A stretch of DNA of 64,000 nt from Eledone cirrhosa. Taxonomy: Eukaryota. Below are positions 13,760-26,995 of this stretch, one piece after another. The stretch is taken from positions 296,484,001 through 296,548,000 of the forward strand of contig OZ024743.1 in the NCBI GenBank assembly GCA_964016885.1, read 5' to 3'. The stretch's first letter is position 1; the number at the start of each line of letters is the position of its first letter. The position numbers and the translations under genes were made by a program. The notes under the pieces were generated by a model. That model was not told the origin of the DNA and did no database searches. It worked only from the letters and a program-made list of their open reading frames with translations.

Positions 13760-16190
13760 CAGAAGATGCTGTTTGGACAGCTTGAGGGGAAAGAAAGTGG
13801 CAACGACTTGATCCCTGGGGCGGAACAAACTAAAACATTCTGGAGAGGAATATGGGAGCAGGATGTTAGACATAATGCCCAGGCAGGGTGGATTGAGACA
13901 GTACAGAGGGAGATCGGTGAGCAGGCACAACAACAAACTGATTTGAGTATCACAGTTGAAACTCTTAAGGGGCAGGCCAAAAAACTAACCAACTGGAAAT
14001 CACCAGGCCCAGATGGTGTGCAGGGGTATTGGATTAAACATTTAACATCCCTCCACCCGAAGCTGACGGCCATGTTCAATGACTGCTTGGTGTCGGGTGA
14101 GGTGCCAGAGTGGTTGACAAAAGGTACCACAGTTCTGATAATGAAAGACCGAATCAAGGGTAATGATGTTACCAACTATAGACCTATCACATGTCTGTCC
14201 GTAATGTGGAAACTGTTGACGAGCATTGTGTCTGAGGAAATCTACCATCACCTCCACACAAACAACTTGTTACCGGACGAACAGAAAGGATGCCGAAAGA
14301 AGTCACGTGGTACAAAGGACCAGTTACTTATTGATAAGATGGTAATGGGGAATTGCAGGAGGAGACACACTGATCTTGCCATGGGATGGATAGACTACAG
14401 AAAGGCATTTGACATGGTGCCTCATTCTTGGATCACCAAAAGCCTGGAGATCTTCAGGGTGGCAGATAACATCAGACAGTTCCTGGGCAGGAGTATGGGG
14501 TCCTGGGAGACAGAGTTGACATCAACTGGAGTATCCTTGGGAAGCGTGAAGATCAAGAGAGGTATCTTCCAGGGAGATAGCCTGTCCCCTCTGTTGTTTG
14601 TCCTTGCCCTAATGCCCTTGACCATTATGCTGCGAAAAGTGAGAGCAGGATACAAGTTGGGAAGGGGAGAGCTTACCATCAATCACCTCCTCTTCATGGA
14701 CGATCTTAAGCTCTTCGGGAAAAGTGAGAAGGAGTTGGATGTGCTTGTTGACACTGCCCGTATTTTCAGCAGTGATATATGTATGCAGTTTGGTATTGGT
14801 AAATGTGGAGTCATTGAGCAGAAGTAGCGGGATCCAGATACCAACAGGTGAGATGATAAAGGAAATTGACTCTGAGGAAGGATACAAGTATTTGGGCGTT
14901 CTGGAGGCTGATGGCATAAAGAACAAAAAAATGAAGGAATTGTTAAGAACTGAATACATTCGGAGAGTAAGGAGCGTATTGAAGTCACATCTGAACAGCA
15001 GAAATGCCATAAGCGCAGTAAATTCCCGAGCTGTGTCTATTATTAGGTACAGTGCGGGAATTCTGAGATGGAATGTTGCTGAACAAAAAGAAATGGATAG
15101 CAAGACTAGGAAGCTATTGACTATCTACAACATGTTCCACAAGAGGAGTGATGTCGATAGACTCTACCTAAGGAGATCTGAGGGTGGAAGAGGTCTTATC
15201 AGCATAGAGGACTGTGTTCAGATGGAGAAAAACAACCTATACAAATACGTGACCTATAGTAAGGAGCCAATGCTCAAAACTGTACTGAAGGAGGGGACAG
15301 TAGGCCAGGGGATGCCCAAGGAGGAAATAACATCAAGGAGGAAGAGCAGCCTTAAGGGAAAATCCCTTCATAGTACCTTCTTTGAGAAAACTGAATTTAG
15401 AGATCCACAGACATGGAACTGGTTGAGAAGAGGAGACCTCAAAAAGGCTACAGAAGGAATGATAATGGCTGCGCAGGAGCAGGCCCTCAAAACGAAGTGG
15501 TTGAAGCACCATATTTACAAGGAGGAGGCTAGCCCACTGTGCAGGATCTGTGGAGAGAGAGAGGAGACTGTGGCTCACATTGTGTCCGAGTGTAAACACC
15601 TAGCCCAGACCCACTATAAGGGCTGGAGACACGATGTGATGGGCAGGGTGATCCACTGGCACCTGTGCAAAGTAAACAATTTACCACATTCTGAGAAATG
15701 GTATGAGCATAGGCCGGAGGCGGTGATGGAGAACAATCAGGTGAAGGTGCTGTGGGATTTTAGGATACAGACGGACAAAAATCTGGAACACAATAGACCT
15801 GACCTGGTGGTTGTGGACAAAGAAAAAAGATCGTGTCTGATTGTGGATGTGGCCTGCCCGTTCGACACGAGAGTGCAAGAGAAGGAGAGGGAGAAAATTA
15901 ACCGATACCAGGATCTAAAGTGGGAGGTGAAAAGGATTTGGAACTGCCATGAAGTCAAAGTGATCCCGATTGTCATAGGCGCACTGGGGACTATCTCCAA
16001 AAGTTTCCAGGGATGGTTAAAGAAAATCGGCCCCTTCACGCTTTTTGGAACGCTTCAAAAGGCATGCTTGCTTGGAACAGCAAGAACCCTCCGATACGTC
16101 CTGAATATCTGAGGCTGCAGGTAGTGGCTTGATATTCATTCCAACGGACTTTCCAGTTAACCAACATCAATGACTGAGATTCAAGGAATA
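13758..16190 (+). mobile_element. R4/Dong-clade non-LTR retrotransposon, family A, 5'-truncated
   Basis: RT motifs KSPGPDG, YRPITCL, GIFQGDSLSP and FMDD are present, then a CCHC knuckle CRIC..H..C, RHD and the RLE nuclease RPDL..D..K. (AAT)n lies on both sides. Confidence 0.92.
13766..16112 (+). pseudogene. RT plus restriction-like endonuclease ORF with one frameshift near 14825
   Basis: ORFs 13766-14827 and 14724-16112 join into one continuous R4-type protein. Confidence 0.9.
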
Positions 16191-16477
16191 ACAATAATAA
16201 TAATAATAATAATAATAATAATTATAATAATAATGTTTTCTTTATTAACCACAAGGGTTTACATAAAGTAGACATTAAGGACAGTACAGGACAATACAGG
16301 ACGGTACAAATGGGCATTTCTGCGTGTAAAAAAACAGAGGATGTAATAAAATAACAAAGAAAAATTCCCCAATAGGGGGGAGACTTCTGAGGGACATTTG
16401 TGGAGAAAGCCCATTAAAAGACCACAGTGACCCTGACCACCAGGGCAAGTGCCCTCTCCCAGTTTTCCACCTTTAAT

Positions 16478-19400
16478 TTACAGACACATACTCAGAGAAG
16501 GCCCATTCATTCGGGCCATACTTGCTTCTCTCACCCATCTTTCAACAAAATGCTGGGAAGAGAGCACTTCCCTCTCTACCCTGATTTTCCTTTTCAAATG
16601 AAATTTGAAAAAGTTAATCAGGGCATCACCGAAGAGGTAAGTGCTCGTCTTCAGCCCTTTCAAACGTATCCACCATACTATCTCTTTCGCCATGGCCACC
16701 AGACAGATAAAAACTGCCTGCCCTTCCCGGCTAAAGGAAGAGTGCGGGGCAATCCTCACGATGGACTCAGCTGATAGCTGGATCCGTCCTACACGTGACA
16801 GCAGGTGTTCGACATAAACCCACAAGTCAGCAATGCTCGGACACTGGACGCGTGCGTGCAGGACGGTTTCGTCGCCCTGTGCGCATCTCGGACATGCCCG
16901 GCTGACGGCACCTCCATGCCTGTACAGTTTATCCCGAACTGGCAAAGCTCCCCGGTAGCACTGCCAGGCCAGGGATTTCTGGAAGTTGTCCATAGTCCCC
17001 GGCCCGAAAGTCCTTCCGAAGAGATTGGCTAGTTGATTTTCGTCGACGCCTAGAGTTTCTCCAAGTACGTCGTCGCTCTTACCCTCCACTAATCCCCTAT
17101 AGAACGCCAAGGTGGAGTTTCCACCGATCACATTGCCCGATTGGTCGAGGGCTGTGAGCGCCTGAAGACATTCCAGTCTCCAAGCGCTCCCTCTCGGTCT
17201 TCGCTTGACCCAGGACTGCAGCTCCGTCAAGGAGACGAGCTGGGGAAAAACGTGTCTAGCAAACGGCGACCACACCTGATCACCGTCGAGGAAGAGGTGG
17301 AGATGTCGTAGCCTGAGTGCGTGTCTGCGCATCATCAGCCACGGCATGCCAAACCCTCCACGTAGCGGGTGTTGACAGCAGATGGACCGCCTGACCATCG
17401 GAGCGCGTCCCTTCCACAAGAAGCGAAAGAGCAAACGCTCCAGCGCAGTCAGGCGGGGCTTGGGACAAGGTACGACGGTCAGGCGGTAGTAGATGACGGA
17501 CGCGATGTACGCTTTAGCCACCTCCGCTCGACCTTTCAGGGATAGCTTCCTCTCGGCCCATTTCTGGGTGAGAGAAGCCACCCTGCTCGTCACCTCGTCC
17601 CAGTTTTTGTCCGTCTGGAGGTCTGGACCGAACCAGACCCCTAGCAATTTAACCGGTCCGTCCGTCCAGCGCCCGACGACGCTGTTGGACGGCATGGACC
17701 TGCCTCTCCAGGTGCCGAGCTGCAGGCCCACTGACTTTTCCTGGTTGATCATTGCTCTTGTCACCGCTTCGTATTCTCTTAGTGTAGTGCCGATCGCCTC
17801 GATGTGTTTGGCGTTCGACACCACTACGGTGACATCGTCCGCATATGCTGACACGGATCTTCCGCATCCTAATTCACGCGGGACCCCCCTCAACGTCTCC
17901 AGTTTGTGCAGTAATGGCTCGAGAGTCAATACGTACAATAGGGACGAGAGGGGACATCCTTGGCGGACCGAGCGCATGATGTTGAACGGTTCCGAAAGGT
18001 GACCATTCACTCTCACTACAGAGCAGATGTCGCTGTGCATGGCAGCGATCCAGCCTCTGAACGGGCCCAAAGCCAACCGCCCTCAGGACTGCCGCTAGGT
18101 AACGATGGTCGACCCTATCGAAGGCTTTCGACTGATCTAAATTGATCAAAGACCCACCCGTGCCATGTTCCCTAGCTACTCTCTCTACGATGTATCGCAT
18201 GAGGTGGAGGTTGTCGTGGATGGATCTGTCGGGAATGGCGCATGTCTGTGCCTCTCCCACCAGACCACCAACGACGAGCGCCAACCTCTTTGCTAGCACC
18301 TTGGCCAAAATCTTGAATTCTGTGTTTAGCAGAGTTATGGGCCTAAAATTATCTATGTTATCCCCCTTGTTCGGATCCTTTCTCAGCAGCGCCACCGCTC
18401 CTCGGCTCACAGAGCTGGGAATTCTCCCGTTCTGTTGCCAGTTGCAGTAGACGTCCGCCAAGAGGCCTCCGAACAAGTCTGGCATTTGTACGTAAAGTTC
18501 ATAGGGCAGACCATCGAAACCAGGCGATTTACCCCTTGTGCAACTAGTCATTTCATCCCGTACTTCAGCGGTTGTTATCGGCTTTTCGCAACACTCCGCC
18601 TCAGTGGCCGAAAGCCGCGGCAGTCCGTCGAGGTAGACACTAAAGTCCATCCCTCGATCCGGCCCGCCACTGCCCCCGAACAGTTGAGCGAAGTGTCGCT
18701 GAAAAGCTTCACACATTTGCCCGGGATCGAGTAGCATGCGCCCGTCGTGGTCCACCAAAGACCGGATCGTGGCTTTATTGCCACGACGCGCCTCCGCCAC
18801 ACGGGCCCATTGAACGGCTTTCGTCCCCTCGTGTCTGAGAGCACGCACCCTAGCTCTGACAACGCAGCCTTCGTGCTTTGCATTGAAGAATTGGTCAAGG
18901 GCCAATTTCGCCGCAAGTACGTCGGTCGCGATGCCTTTGCTATGCGCCTCGTCTAATTTTCTAACTAATTCTCCCTCTGCTCTATTTTTCTCTATTGCTA
19001 AAGCCTTACTAAACCTAATGGACTCTATTCTAATTGCACTTTTCAGAGCAAACCACCACTTGTTGTTGACGATGGCCCCCGTCAACGCCCGCTTAACTAG
19101 TTGGCTAATCCGGTCTCTGTAGGCCTTGCGCGCTGGTAAGGACGCGTTTAGCTTCCAGTAGCCGGGTCCTCGTCTATGAGGCCTATCTAAGTCAAGCACA
19201 CAGATCACGAATTTGTGGTCCGTGTAGCTGACTATCTTGAATTGTGGACAGCCTATGCTAGACCTATCTATTTCCCTACAAAATACTCTATCTAGATATG
19301 ATCTGGATGACCCTATGCGATTTGTCCAAGTCCACATTGGTACATTCGGGTAATCCATTCGGTATCTGTCAGACAGTTCAAAACGCCTGATCAGGTTGGT

Positions 19401-19895
19401 GAGACGCTTGCACCCTCCTTCCCTATCCACTAAGCCCACACAATCCCAGCGTGCATCTAAGAACCCGTTCCAGTCGCCCACTAACACTAAAGAGCGGGAC
19501 GTTCCAAGAAAGGTTTCCAGACGCCGGAAGAAATCAGGCCGCCCTGCTCCTGACGAGGCATAGACGGCCACTAACCTGAAAGCTTGCCCTTCTCCGCTGG
19601 TCACGTCCAGCACCACCAACTTACCTTCTGGGTCCAGGAAGATGGCCCGTATGGCAAGATCCAAACCTCTCCGAAAAAGCACAGCAACTTCTCCCCCCGA
19701 TCCCGGACGGCTGGGAGATGCGTACACATCGTAGCCGCCGAAGATCGGTGCGAAGGCCCGTGCTTCGGAGATTCTGGTCTCGCTGATGGCCACTACATCT
19801 ATGTTTAGTGATCTGAGGTCGTTGAGCAGGTGGCCCTGCTTCCATGACGACCCCAAGCCACGCGCATTTATGCTGCCTTTTCTGAGTGAGGTCAT
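16478..19895 (-). pseudogene. Tx1/L1 ORF2 (APE endonuclease, RT, C-terminal zinc finger) with a frameshift near 18070
   Basis: Motifs INARGL, SET, GDWN, SYLDR, TDH, GYWKLN, KSPGFDGLP, FRPITLLN, DQSKAFD, RQGCPLS, AYADD and CPRC..H..C are present. Confidence 0.92.
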
Positions 19896-19929
19896 GTTGA
19901 AAAGGAGTGGAAAAGATGGGAAAGACCAC

Positions 19930-21882
19930 TTACCTTACTTCTCGTAGGGGAAGGACGGTTTTTCCATCCTTTTCACTGCTTGTGGCCTCCTCAGGAAGGA
20001 TGTCCTTATAAATCCTCCTGGAGAGTGCTTGTCGGAAGTCTCCGATGTCTTTGGGGAATTTTTGTTTTAGTGTCATGTACGTTTTCTGTGTGATGCGAGT
20101 GATTTGTATGTGTGGAGGTGGTGTGAATTTTTGGGTTGTTGTGTAGTCTTTTTCTGTGATGCTGGTGTTGTGTTGGATGTAGTGTAATAATTGCTTGTTG
20201 TTCAAATTTAATGCTGTGTAGTGTGTATCGTTTTGGTTGTTTTGTTTTGTTTGTGTTTGTTGTGGGTTTGTTTCTGTTTCGCATTTTGGTGACTTTTGTG
20301 GTGTGGGTGATGGTGGTGTTGGGGTTAATGATGGTGATGGTGTTGGTGTTTGGGTTGATGGGGTTGGTGATGCTGGTGTGGATGGTGGCATATCTGTCCT
20401 AACTTTTTTGTTTGTTAATTTATTTGTTTCCCTCTGTATTTTGTTTTTGGAGGGGGAAGGAAGAGAATTTTTTCTTTTTTTGGTTTCTTTTTTTTCTTCC
20501 TGATACCGTTTCCCACTCCTCGTCGTCACAATCTGTCTCCAGTTGTGATAGGCCGGGGAGTGGAAAAATCTCCACAGGCGTTAGTTTTGGTTGTAGCGTG
20601 GTGGATGCTAGTTCTGAAGCGTTGGGTGGTGGTGGTGTTGGTTTTGCTACTGTTGCTGGGGTTGTTGCTGTTATAGTTGATTCTGTTGTTGCTGCTACAG
20701 TTGTTACTGCCATCTCTGCTACTGGTGGTGTTGATGGTTGTGTCACTGGGGTGGGTAGGAGAGGTGGCCTCAATCTTTTAGCCTGAGGGCAGAAAGCCCT
20801 TAGGTGGGTTCCTTCACCACAAACGACACACCTAGGCCTTCTGCCCTCGACAATTACAGTGAGGTGGCTGCCGTCAGTGAGGTCTATTACCCCTGGGATC
20901 TCCTCAATGCTTTTTTGGTCCGCTTGGATCAGGAGCTCCATCCCAGATCCGGACGAGTTCTCCTGCTTTTCTTTTGCTATTGCTATTATCTTTGTGTTGG
21001 CTTCGATGCCGGTGAGGACGGCCGCTATTAGCCAGGGAATTTCGATGGCCGGTGGAACGTGGGTCACCCTGATCTTTACGAGTCTCTGGCCACAATAGCT
21101 TGGGACGAGTGTGAAGTCGTCACTTCTTAATGGGGCCATGGAGTGTTCTCTAGCCTCCTCTGGTGTTTCAAAGAACACGTCCACGGTTCCATACTTCTGC
21201 CCACGTCTGATGTGGGTTTTTCTTGCCCACACATGTCCCAAAGCTTTTTGGATTTGGGACTCGGATGCCCGTTCCACTCGGCGCGATTTTACATTTATTG
21301 TTCGATACAACACGGTGCATAGGCGCCGATGCTCCATTTTATTAGGTGGGGGGGTGAGGCTGACCCTGTATCCATCTTTCTTTACCATTTATTTGGCATT
21401 TTCTAAATCCTCCTGAGTTACCGTAAATGCTTCGAACTGTTTTGCTACTCTGGCAAAACTCAGGGTGGTTTTTTTAATGTCATTGTTGTTGTTGCTATCG
21501 TTATTTTTGTTATTATTAATTTTAGTTTCAGTTGTGGTGGTGGTGACGTCAGTGAAAGTCGGTTTGGGAGAGTCTATTTTGGTTGAAAATATTTCGACAT
21601 CACGAGTTGATTTATTTTTTCCTTTTGTTTCTGTTGTCACGGTGTGGTGGGGGTGGGGGTTGTCGCGGTGGTGGTGGTGGTGGTGGTGGAGGCTTTAACA
21701 CCTGCAGTCATTGGTAATGGCGGGAAATGAATGTCTGCCTGAGACAAATTTAAAATATTGCTACTGCCTATATTTTTTTTAGTGTTGGCAAACGTAGTAA
21801 CATTTACAATGGTGGTGTCGGTGTGAGGTGTTAATTTGTGAGGAAGGCTTTCAGCTGCTTGGTGCAGAGGTGAATTAGCCAT
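19930..21882 (-). pseudogene. Tx1/L1 ORF1 (gag-like, CCHC knuckle, Pro/Thr-rich) broken by a stop and frameshifts
   Basis: Adjacent pieces are 21882-21637, 21640-21389, 21388-20420 (CVVCGEGTHLRAFC) and 20529-19930, all upstream of ORF2. Confidence 0.75.
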
Positions 21883-22092
21883 TTTTTTTTCAAAGAAATT
21901 TTTTGATAATCATAAAAGTTTAAATTTTGGGCACAGGGCCCCAATCTTTTTGGGTGTCCTTTTCGGAAAACAATGTATGTGCGCTTATATATAGTTAACA
22001 ATAAAAAATTTCCATAAATGGCAATTTTTAACAAACGGAAATAACAAACCTTTGCGGAGCTCACGATGATACGATTTACTACGTAGGTCGCC

Positions 22093-22118
22093 AATAATAA
22101 TAATAATAATAATAATAA

Positions 22119-22149
<31 letters not shown>

Positions 22150-22203
22150 AAGAAGAAGAAGAAGAAGAAGAAGAAGAAGAAGAAGAAGAAGAAGAAGAAG
22201 AAG
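22093..22203. repeat. Compound (AAT)n(AAG)n microsatellite
   Basis: Read directly from the sequence. Confidence 0.95.
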
Positions 22204-23174
22204 CACGTGGTGGCAGAAGGTCATGAAATCGCTCCCGTAAGTTTTTGATTTTTAACATATTTAAATCAATTGTGAAATAACAATTCTTAGTACAAATGTT
22301 GCATAAACCACCGAATCAAGTCCCATAAAATTTCGGATCCATATTATATTGTTATATCGCTCAAATATTCAATTTTGTATTATATATTTTGTATTCAAAA
22401 AAGAAAATGGTTATAAATGGAAGAAAACACCCTCTGTCTACACTATATAGAACAGCCAAATAACAGCAATTTCACCAACACCAGAAACTTGATACACCAC
22501 CTACCCCATCACACTAAATATAACAGCCAGATAACGGCAATTTCACCACCACCACCACCAATCCCAGCATCATAATAATAATTACTATTATTATTGTCTC
22601 AAGTTTTAACAAAATATTTAATTCCAATTTTACGGGAATATGTCAACACAATATATATTAAACATACGCGACACAAACTCATAGATACTACATATCACAA
22701 AACTCAGTAACGACAACGCCACCGCCGCCTCCACTCCATCCATCATTGCTACCACTATCCCATCACCGCCGCCACCACTCCTTCATTGCTACCACCACTA
22801 TTCCCCTGTTAACTTGAGAGAGAAAGGGGAAGGTGGCGGTATCACTAGACAAGGGAGAGGCTAGCAAAAGATATAAATAGATTGACTTAGTGACCTGGCC
22901 ACCGGCCAAACGTCAACATCAACAACTATGGCACTGCTGGCTCACCCCTTCCTCACCAACAATATAAAAAGCCCCAGCACCACCACCGACATAGCCAACA
23001 ACAATAACAGGCAACTTCAGCAAAAAGTATATTATATTATTGCAATGCACTGGGTAATTGCTGGCCTTGTGCCTGGAGTGGAGACAATTATTAATAATTT
23101 CATTCTTAAGCCACGCAATGCTCACATTAAGGAACCACTCATGATAATAACAATTAAAAAAAAAACAACAAAAA

Positions 23175-26100
23175 GAAAACCCAGTGACCAAGAAATACCG
23201 GGATGGCGGCCGGCGGGGAATAGCCGTGTCTCTAGGGGAGAAGACCCCTCTAGTCTTGGTTGACACTCGTTCTAGAAGTGGTAACACGAAATGATTACCC
23301 CTTGGCGGATAAGGATAAAACGCGACAAAATAAAGTAAATGTCTAATGATAAAATCTCATACCGGATCGGCCGTCACCCGGGTCAAAAAGGGCCGCGTCC
23401 CTCAGAGAGGAACCAGACTGGGGTCGAAAAATCAGCTAATGGTTCAAACCTTCCCATCACTTCGGAGCTGGAGACCTCCCATAACCGGAATACTCCTACG
23501 GTTGGCCCTCCGTGCTCACCACCAAGAAATCCAAAGAAAAAGAGAGAAAAATGGTCAAAGGAAGATAATAAAGAAGTCCTTGAGGCTTTCTACACTGCCA
23601 TGTACTACCCATCAAATACATCGAATACAGAACAGACATATATCAACTGGAAAAAGAAACATCCCGAAAACAGAGGCTATATTGACAGTAACAAACTAGC
23701 CAATATACGAAGAAATATTACTAACTGATAAAATGTTACTAACTGATATAGAAATTGATCAGATCAAGCTATTAGCACAAAGTCAGCGAAGGGAAAATGA
23801 AACATGTGTCAGTGAAAACGAGGTAAATTGTAACACTTCGAATCCCAGTGTTGGGGCGGAATCACTGGCAACAGAACAAATTAAAGAAAGGATCGAAAAA
23901 GTAGAGGGAGTGCATGCTTAAGATGAAACTCCAAATGAAAATAATGAGATCGTAAATGATAAAGAAATGAATGAGAATGAACTTGCCAACTTGAAGGATG
24001 AAATTATGATCGAATGGATGAAAATGAAAGAATCTGACATGGGGGAACGAGACACCCTCCCTAAGATCCAGAACTCCAAACAGAACCAAAAGATAATACA
24101 CAAGACTAACATAATTCTCAAAAACATTATCATCACAAACAAACTAAACATTACTGATTTAAATCATCTCTATTATGCATCGGCTAAAGTCACCACTCAC
24201 TTATGTGGAGTGAAGATGAAAAACAAAGGAATTCCCACAAGAAATCTACTTGGCAAGAGAACATCAATCGCCAAATAAACCTTCTCCGATCTGACATAGA
24301 AATTTTAACAAACTATAAAGTAGGTGAACATGTTAAACAAACTAAACTTAGAAAATTGAAAAGAAAGTACAGTATAAAATCAACAAGTGACATAGACATG
24401 CTGATAGAAATAATCAAGCAAAAAGTGTCGGCCAAAGCTGCTCGTATAAGGCGCTTTGAAAAACGATCTAGATTCTATAAGGACAATAATATGTTCAAAA
24501 ACAACCAAAGAAACTTCTACAGAAAAATTGGTAAGTCAACAATAACTGCTAAATCAATACCACCCAAGGAGGAAGTGCAAGAATTCTGGGAAAAGATCTG
24601 GGCCGAAGAAAAAGTTCATAATATACATGCCCCATGGATAGACAGACAAATGAAAGATACAGCTCACCTTGAGGAACAAATATGGGAAAATATAACAGTT
24701 GAACAGTTGCGTTTGGCTCTAAGAAAAACCAGCAAATGGAAATCCCCAGGAAAAGACAAAATACAAAATTTTTGGATAAATGCCTTCACAGAGTCTCATG
24801 AGCTGTTAGCCCAACTTTACAATGAAATAGTTAAGGAGCCAGAAAAGATACCATCATGGCTAGTTAACGGCATTACATTCCTGCTTCCGAAGAATGATGA
24901 GACAAACAATCCCAAAAATTACAGACCGATAACTTGCTTGCCCACAATGTATAACATTTTAACATCAGTCCTAACTGAATATACATATGACCACCTGATA
25001 ACAAATTACCTATTTCCCATTGAGCAGAAAGGGTGTAAACGAGGCTCATATGGCTGTAAGATCAGCTTTTGGTTAACAAAATGATACTGGAAGATTGTCA
25101 TAATAGACACAAAAATTTATCGATTGCTTGGATAGATTATAAAAAAGCATTCGATAGTTTGCCACACAGTTGGATTGAAAAATGTTTAGAGATTTTCAAA
25201 ATATCTCCCGTTGTCAGGAGGTTTTTGTCATTCAGTATGAAGACATGGAAAACGACACTCCTTTTGAATAGTGAAACAAAATCACTGGAAGCTGGAGAAG
25301 TTAATATTAATTGTGGAATTTTTCAGGGTGACTCTTTATCACCGCTTTTATTCTGCATCGCACTTATACCATTAAGTAAAATGCTCAATGAAACAAAACA
25401 ATTGGATTATCTACATATCTAAGGGAATCACATGATTGGATGATCAAACTCGTTTTGAAACACGAAAGCATCAAAAGATCATACTCCATTACAAAAGATG
25501 CACAAAGATACAGTAATGGACTACAAATTTCAGAAGTCCCATTTACTGCTGAAATGGAAAACACAGAAAAAGCAAAGCAGGTAAAAGTAACTGCAAAGAA
25601 AGAACTGCTACAGAAACTGGCTAAGAAATGGCAAGAAAAGCCTCTGTATGGAAAATACCCAGAACGAGCTAACAATCCTGATGTTGACAAAACTTTAACC
25701 CATCAGTGGTTGGCATCCTCTGGACTGAAATCGGAGACTGAAGGACTGATTATATCAGCACAAGATCAGTGTCTGCCAACAAAAAATTACCAAGCCAACA
25801 TAATAATAAATCGATGCAGCCCATTATGCCGTGTATGTAAAAAACAACCAGAGACCATTGACCATATAATTTCAATGTGCAGTCCTATAGCTCCAACCGA
25901 ATACCTAAACAGACATGACAGAGCTGCACAATACATACATTGGATAATGTGTAAGCATTTTGACCTGCCCCATCAAAAGAATTGGTGGGAGCATCAAACA
26001 CCTCCCATACTTGAAAAAGATCACATCGCAATCTTGTGGAACTTTAGCATCCAAACAGACCGAAAAATAGATGCAAATAGACCTGATATAATATTGAAGG

Positions 26101-26537
26101 ACTTTAAAAAGAGGATATGCCTGCTAATTGATATGTCCGTTCCAATAGACAAGAATGTATCTATAAAAACATTTGAAAAATTGAGCAAGTTTAAGGACCT
26201 GGAGATAGAAATTGGAAAAATGTGGAAATTGAGAACTAAAACAATACCAGTGGTTGTAGGCGCTCTAGGAATGATACCTAAGGGGTCTAATGATTACTTA
26301 TCGCAAATCCCAGGAAACCCGCGTATAGGAGAAATACAAAAGATAGCACTAATGGGAACTGCCCATATACTAAGGAAGATTCTGTCAATATAACTACATC
26401 ACAAGTCTAAACACCTAAAGATGCATGTGTGAGTATGTATGTTCTTTCTTGAACATGGCGGACCTTGTTGTCTCTTGAGGTCACTGGTTGTGACTTGGTG
26501 ATAACTCGTATGAACATAAAGCAAGATAAATGCAGCT

Positions 26538-26540
<3 letters not shown>
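23175..26540 (+). mobile_element. R4/Dong family B, near full length, with an internal deletion, stops and frameshifts
   Basis: The N-terminal region (KWSKEDN..) is followed by RT up to GDSLSPLLF, a jump near 25400, then CRVC..H..C, RHD and RPDI..D..K. It has a GC-rich 5' UTR and an (AAT)n tail. Confidence 0.9.
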
Positions 26541-26590
<50 letters not shown>

Positions 26591-26591
<1 letters not shown>

Positions 26592-26995
26592 GATTGAAAA
26601 GAGGAGACCTTAAAAAGGCTACAGAAGGAATGTTAATGGCTGCGCAGGAGCAGGCCCTCAAAACGAAGTGGTTGAAACACCATATTTACAAGGAGGAGGC
26701 TAGCCCACTGTGCAGGATCTGTGGAGAGAGAGAGGAGACTGTAGCTCACATTGTATCCGAGTGTAAACACCTAGCCCAGACTCACTATAAGGGCTGGAGA
26801 CTAAATGTGATGGGCAGGGTGATCCACTGGCACCTATGCAAAGTAAACAATTTACCACATTCTGAGAAGTGGTATGAGTGGTATGAGCATAAGGAAACGA
26901 TCAGGTGAAGGTGCTGTGGGATTTTAGGATACAGATGGACAAGAAACTGGAACACAATAGACCTGACCTGGTGGTTGTGGACAAAGAAAAAAGAT
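26591..26995 (+). mobile_element. Dong family A fragment (zinc knuckle region)
   Basis: It is near-identical to ~15420-15830 and begins immediately after (AAT)n. Confidence 0.88.

Larger units (their letters stand above)
16235..22092 (-). mobile_element. Apparently full-length (~5.9 kb) Tx1/L1-clade LINE inserted in (ATT)n
   Basis: ORF1 has a CCHC knuckle and ORF2 is APE-RT-zinc finger. The 5' end GGCGACCTACG directly follows (ATT)n, and the 3' end AATAAAGAAAAC runs into (ATT)n. Confidence 0.92.

Noticed and set aside
22919-23287. ORFs upstream of Dong B
   Set aside because: They span low-complexity sequence, a SINE tail fragment (~23043-23090) and the LINE 5' UTR, with no domain signal.
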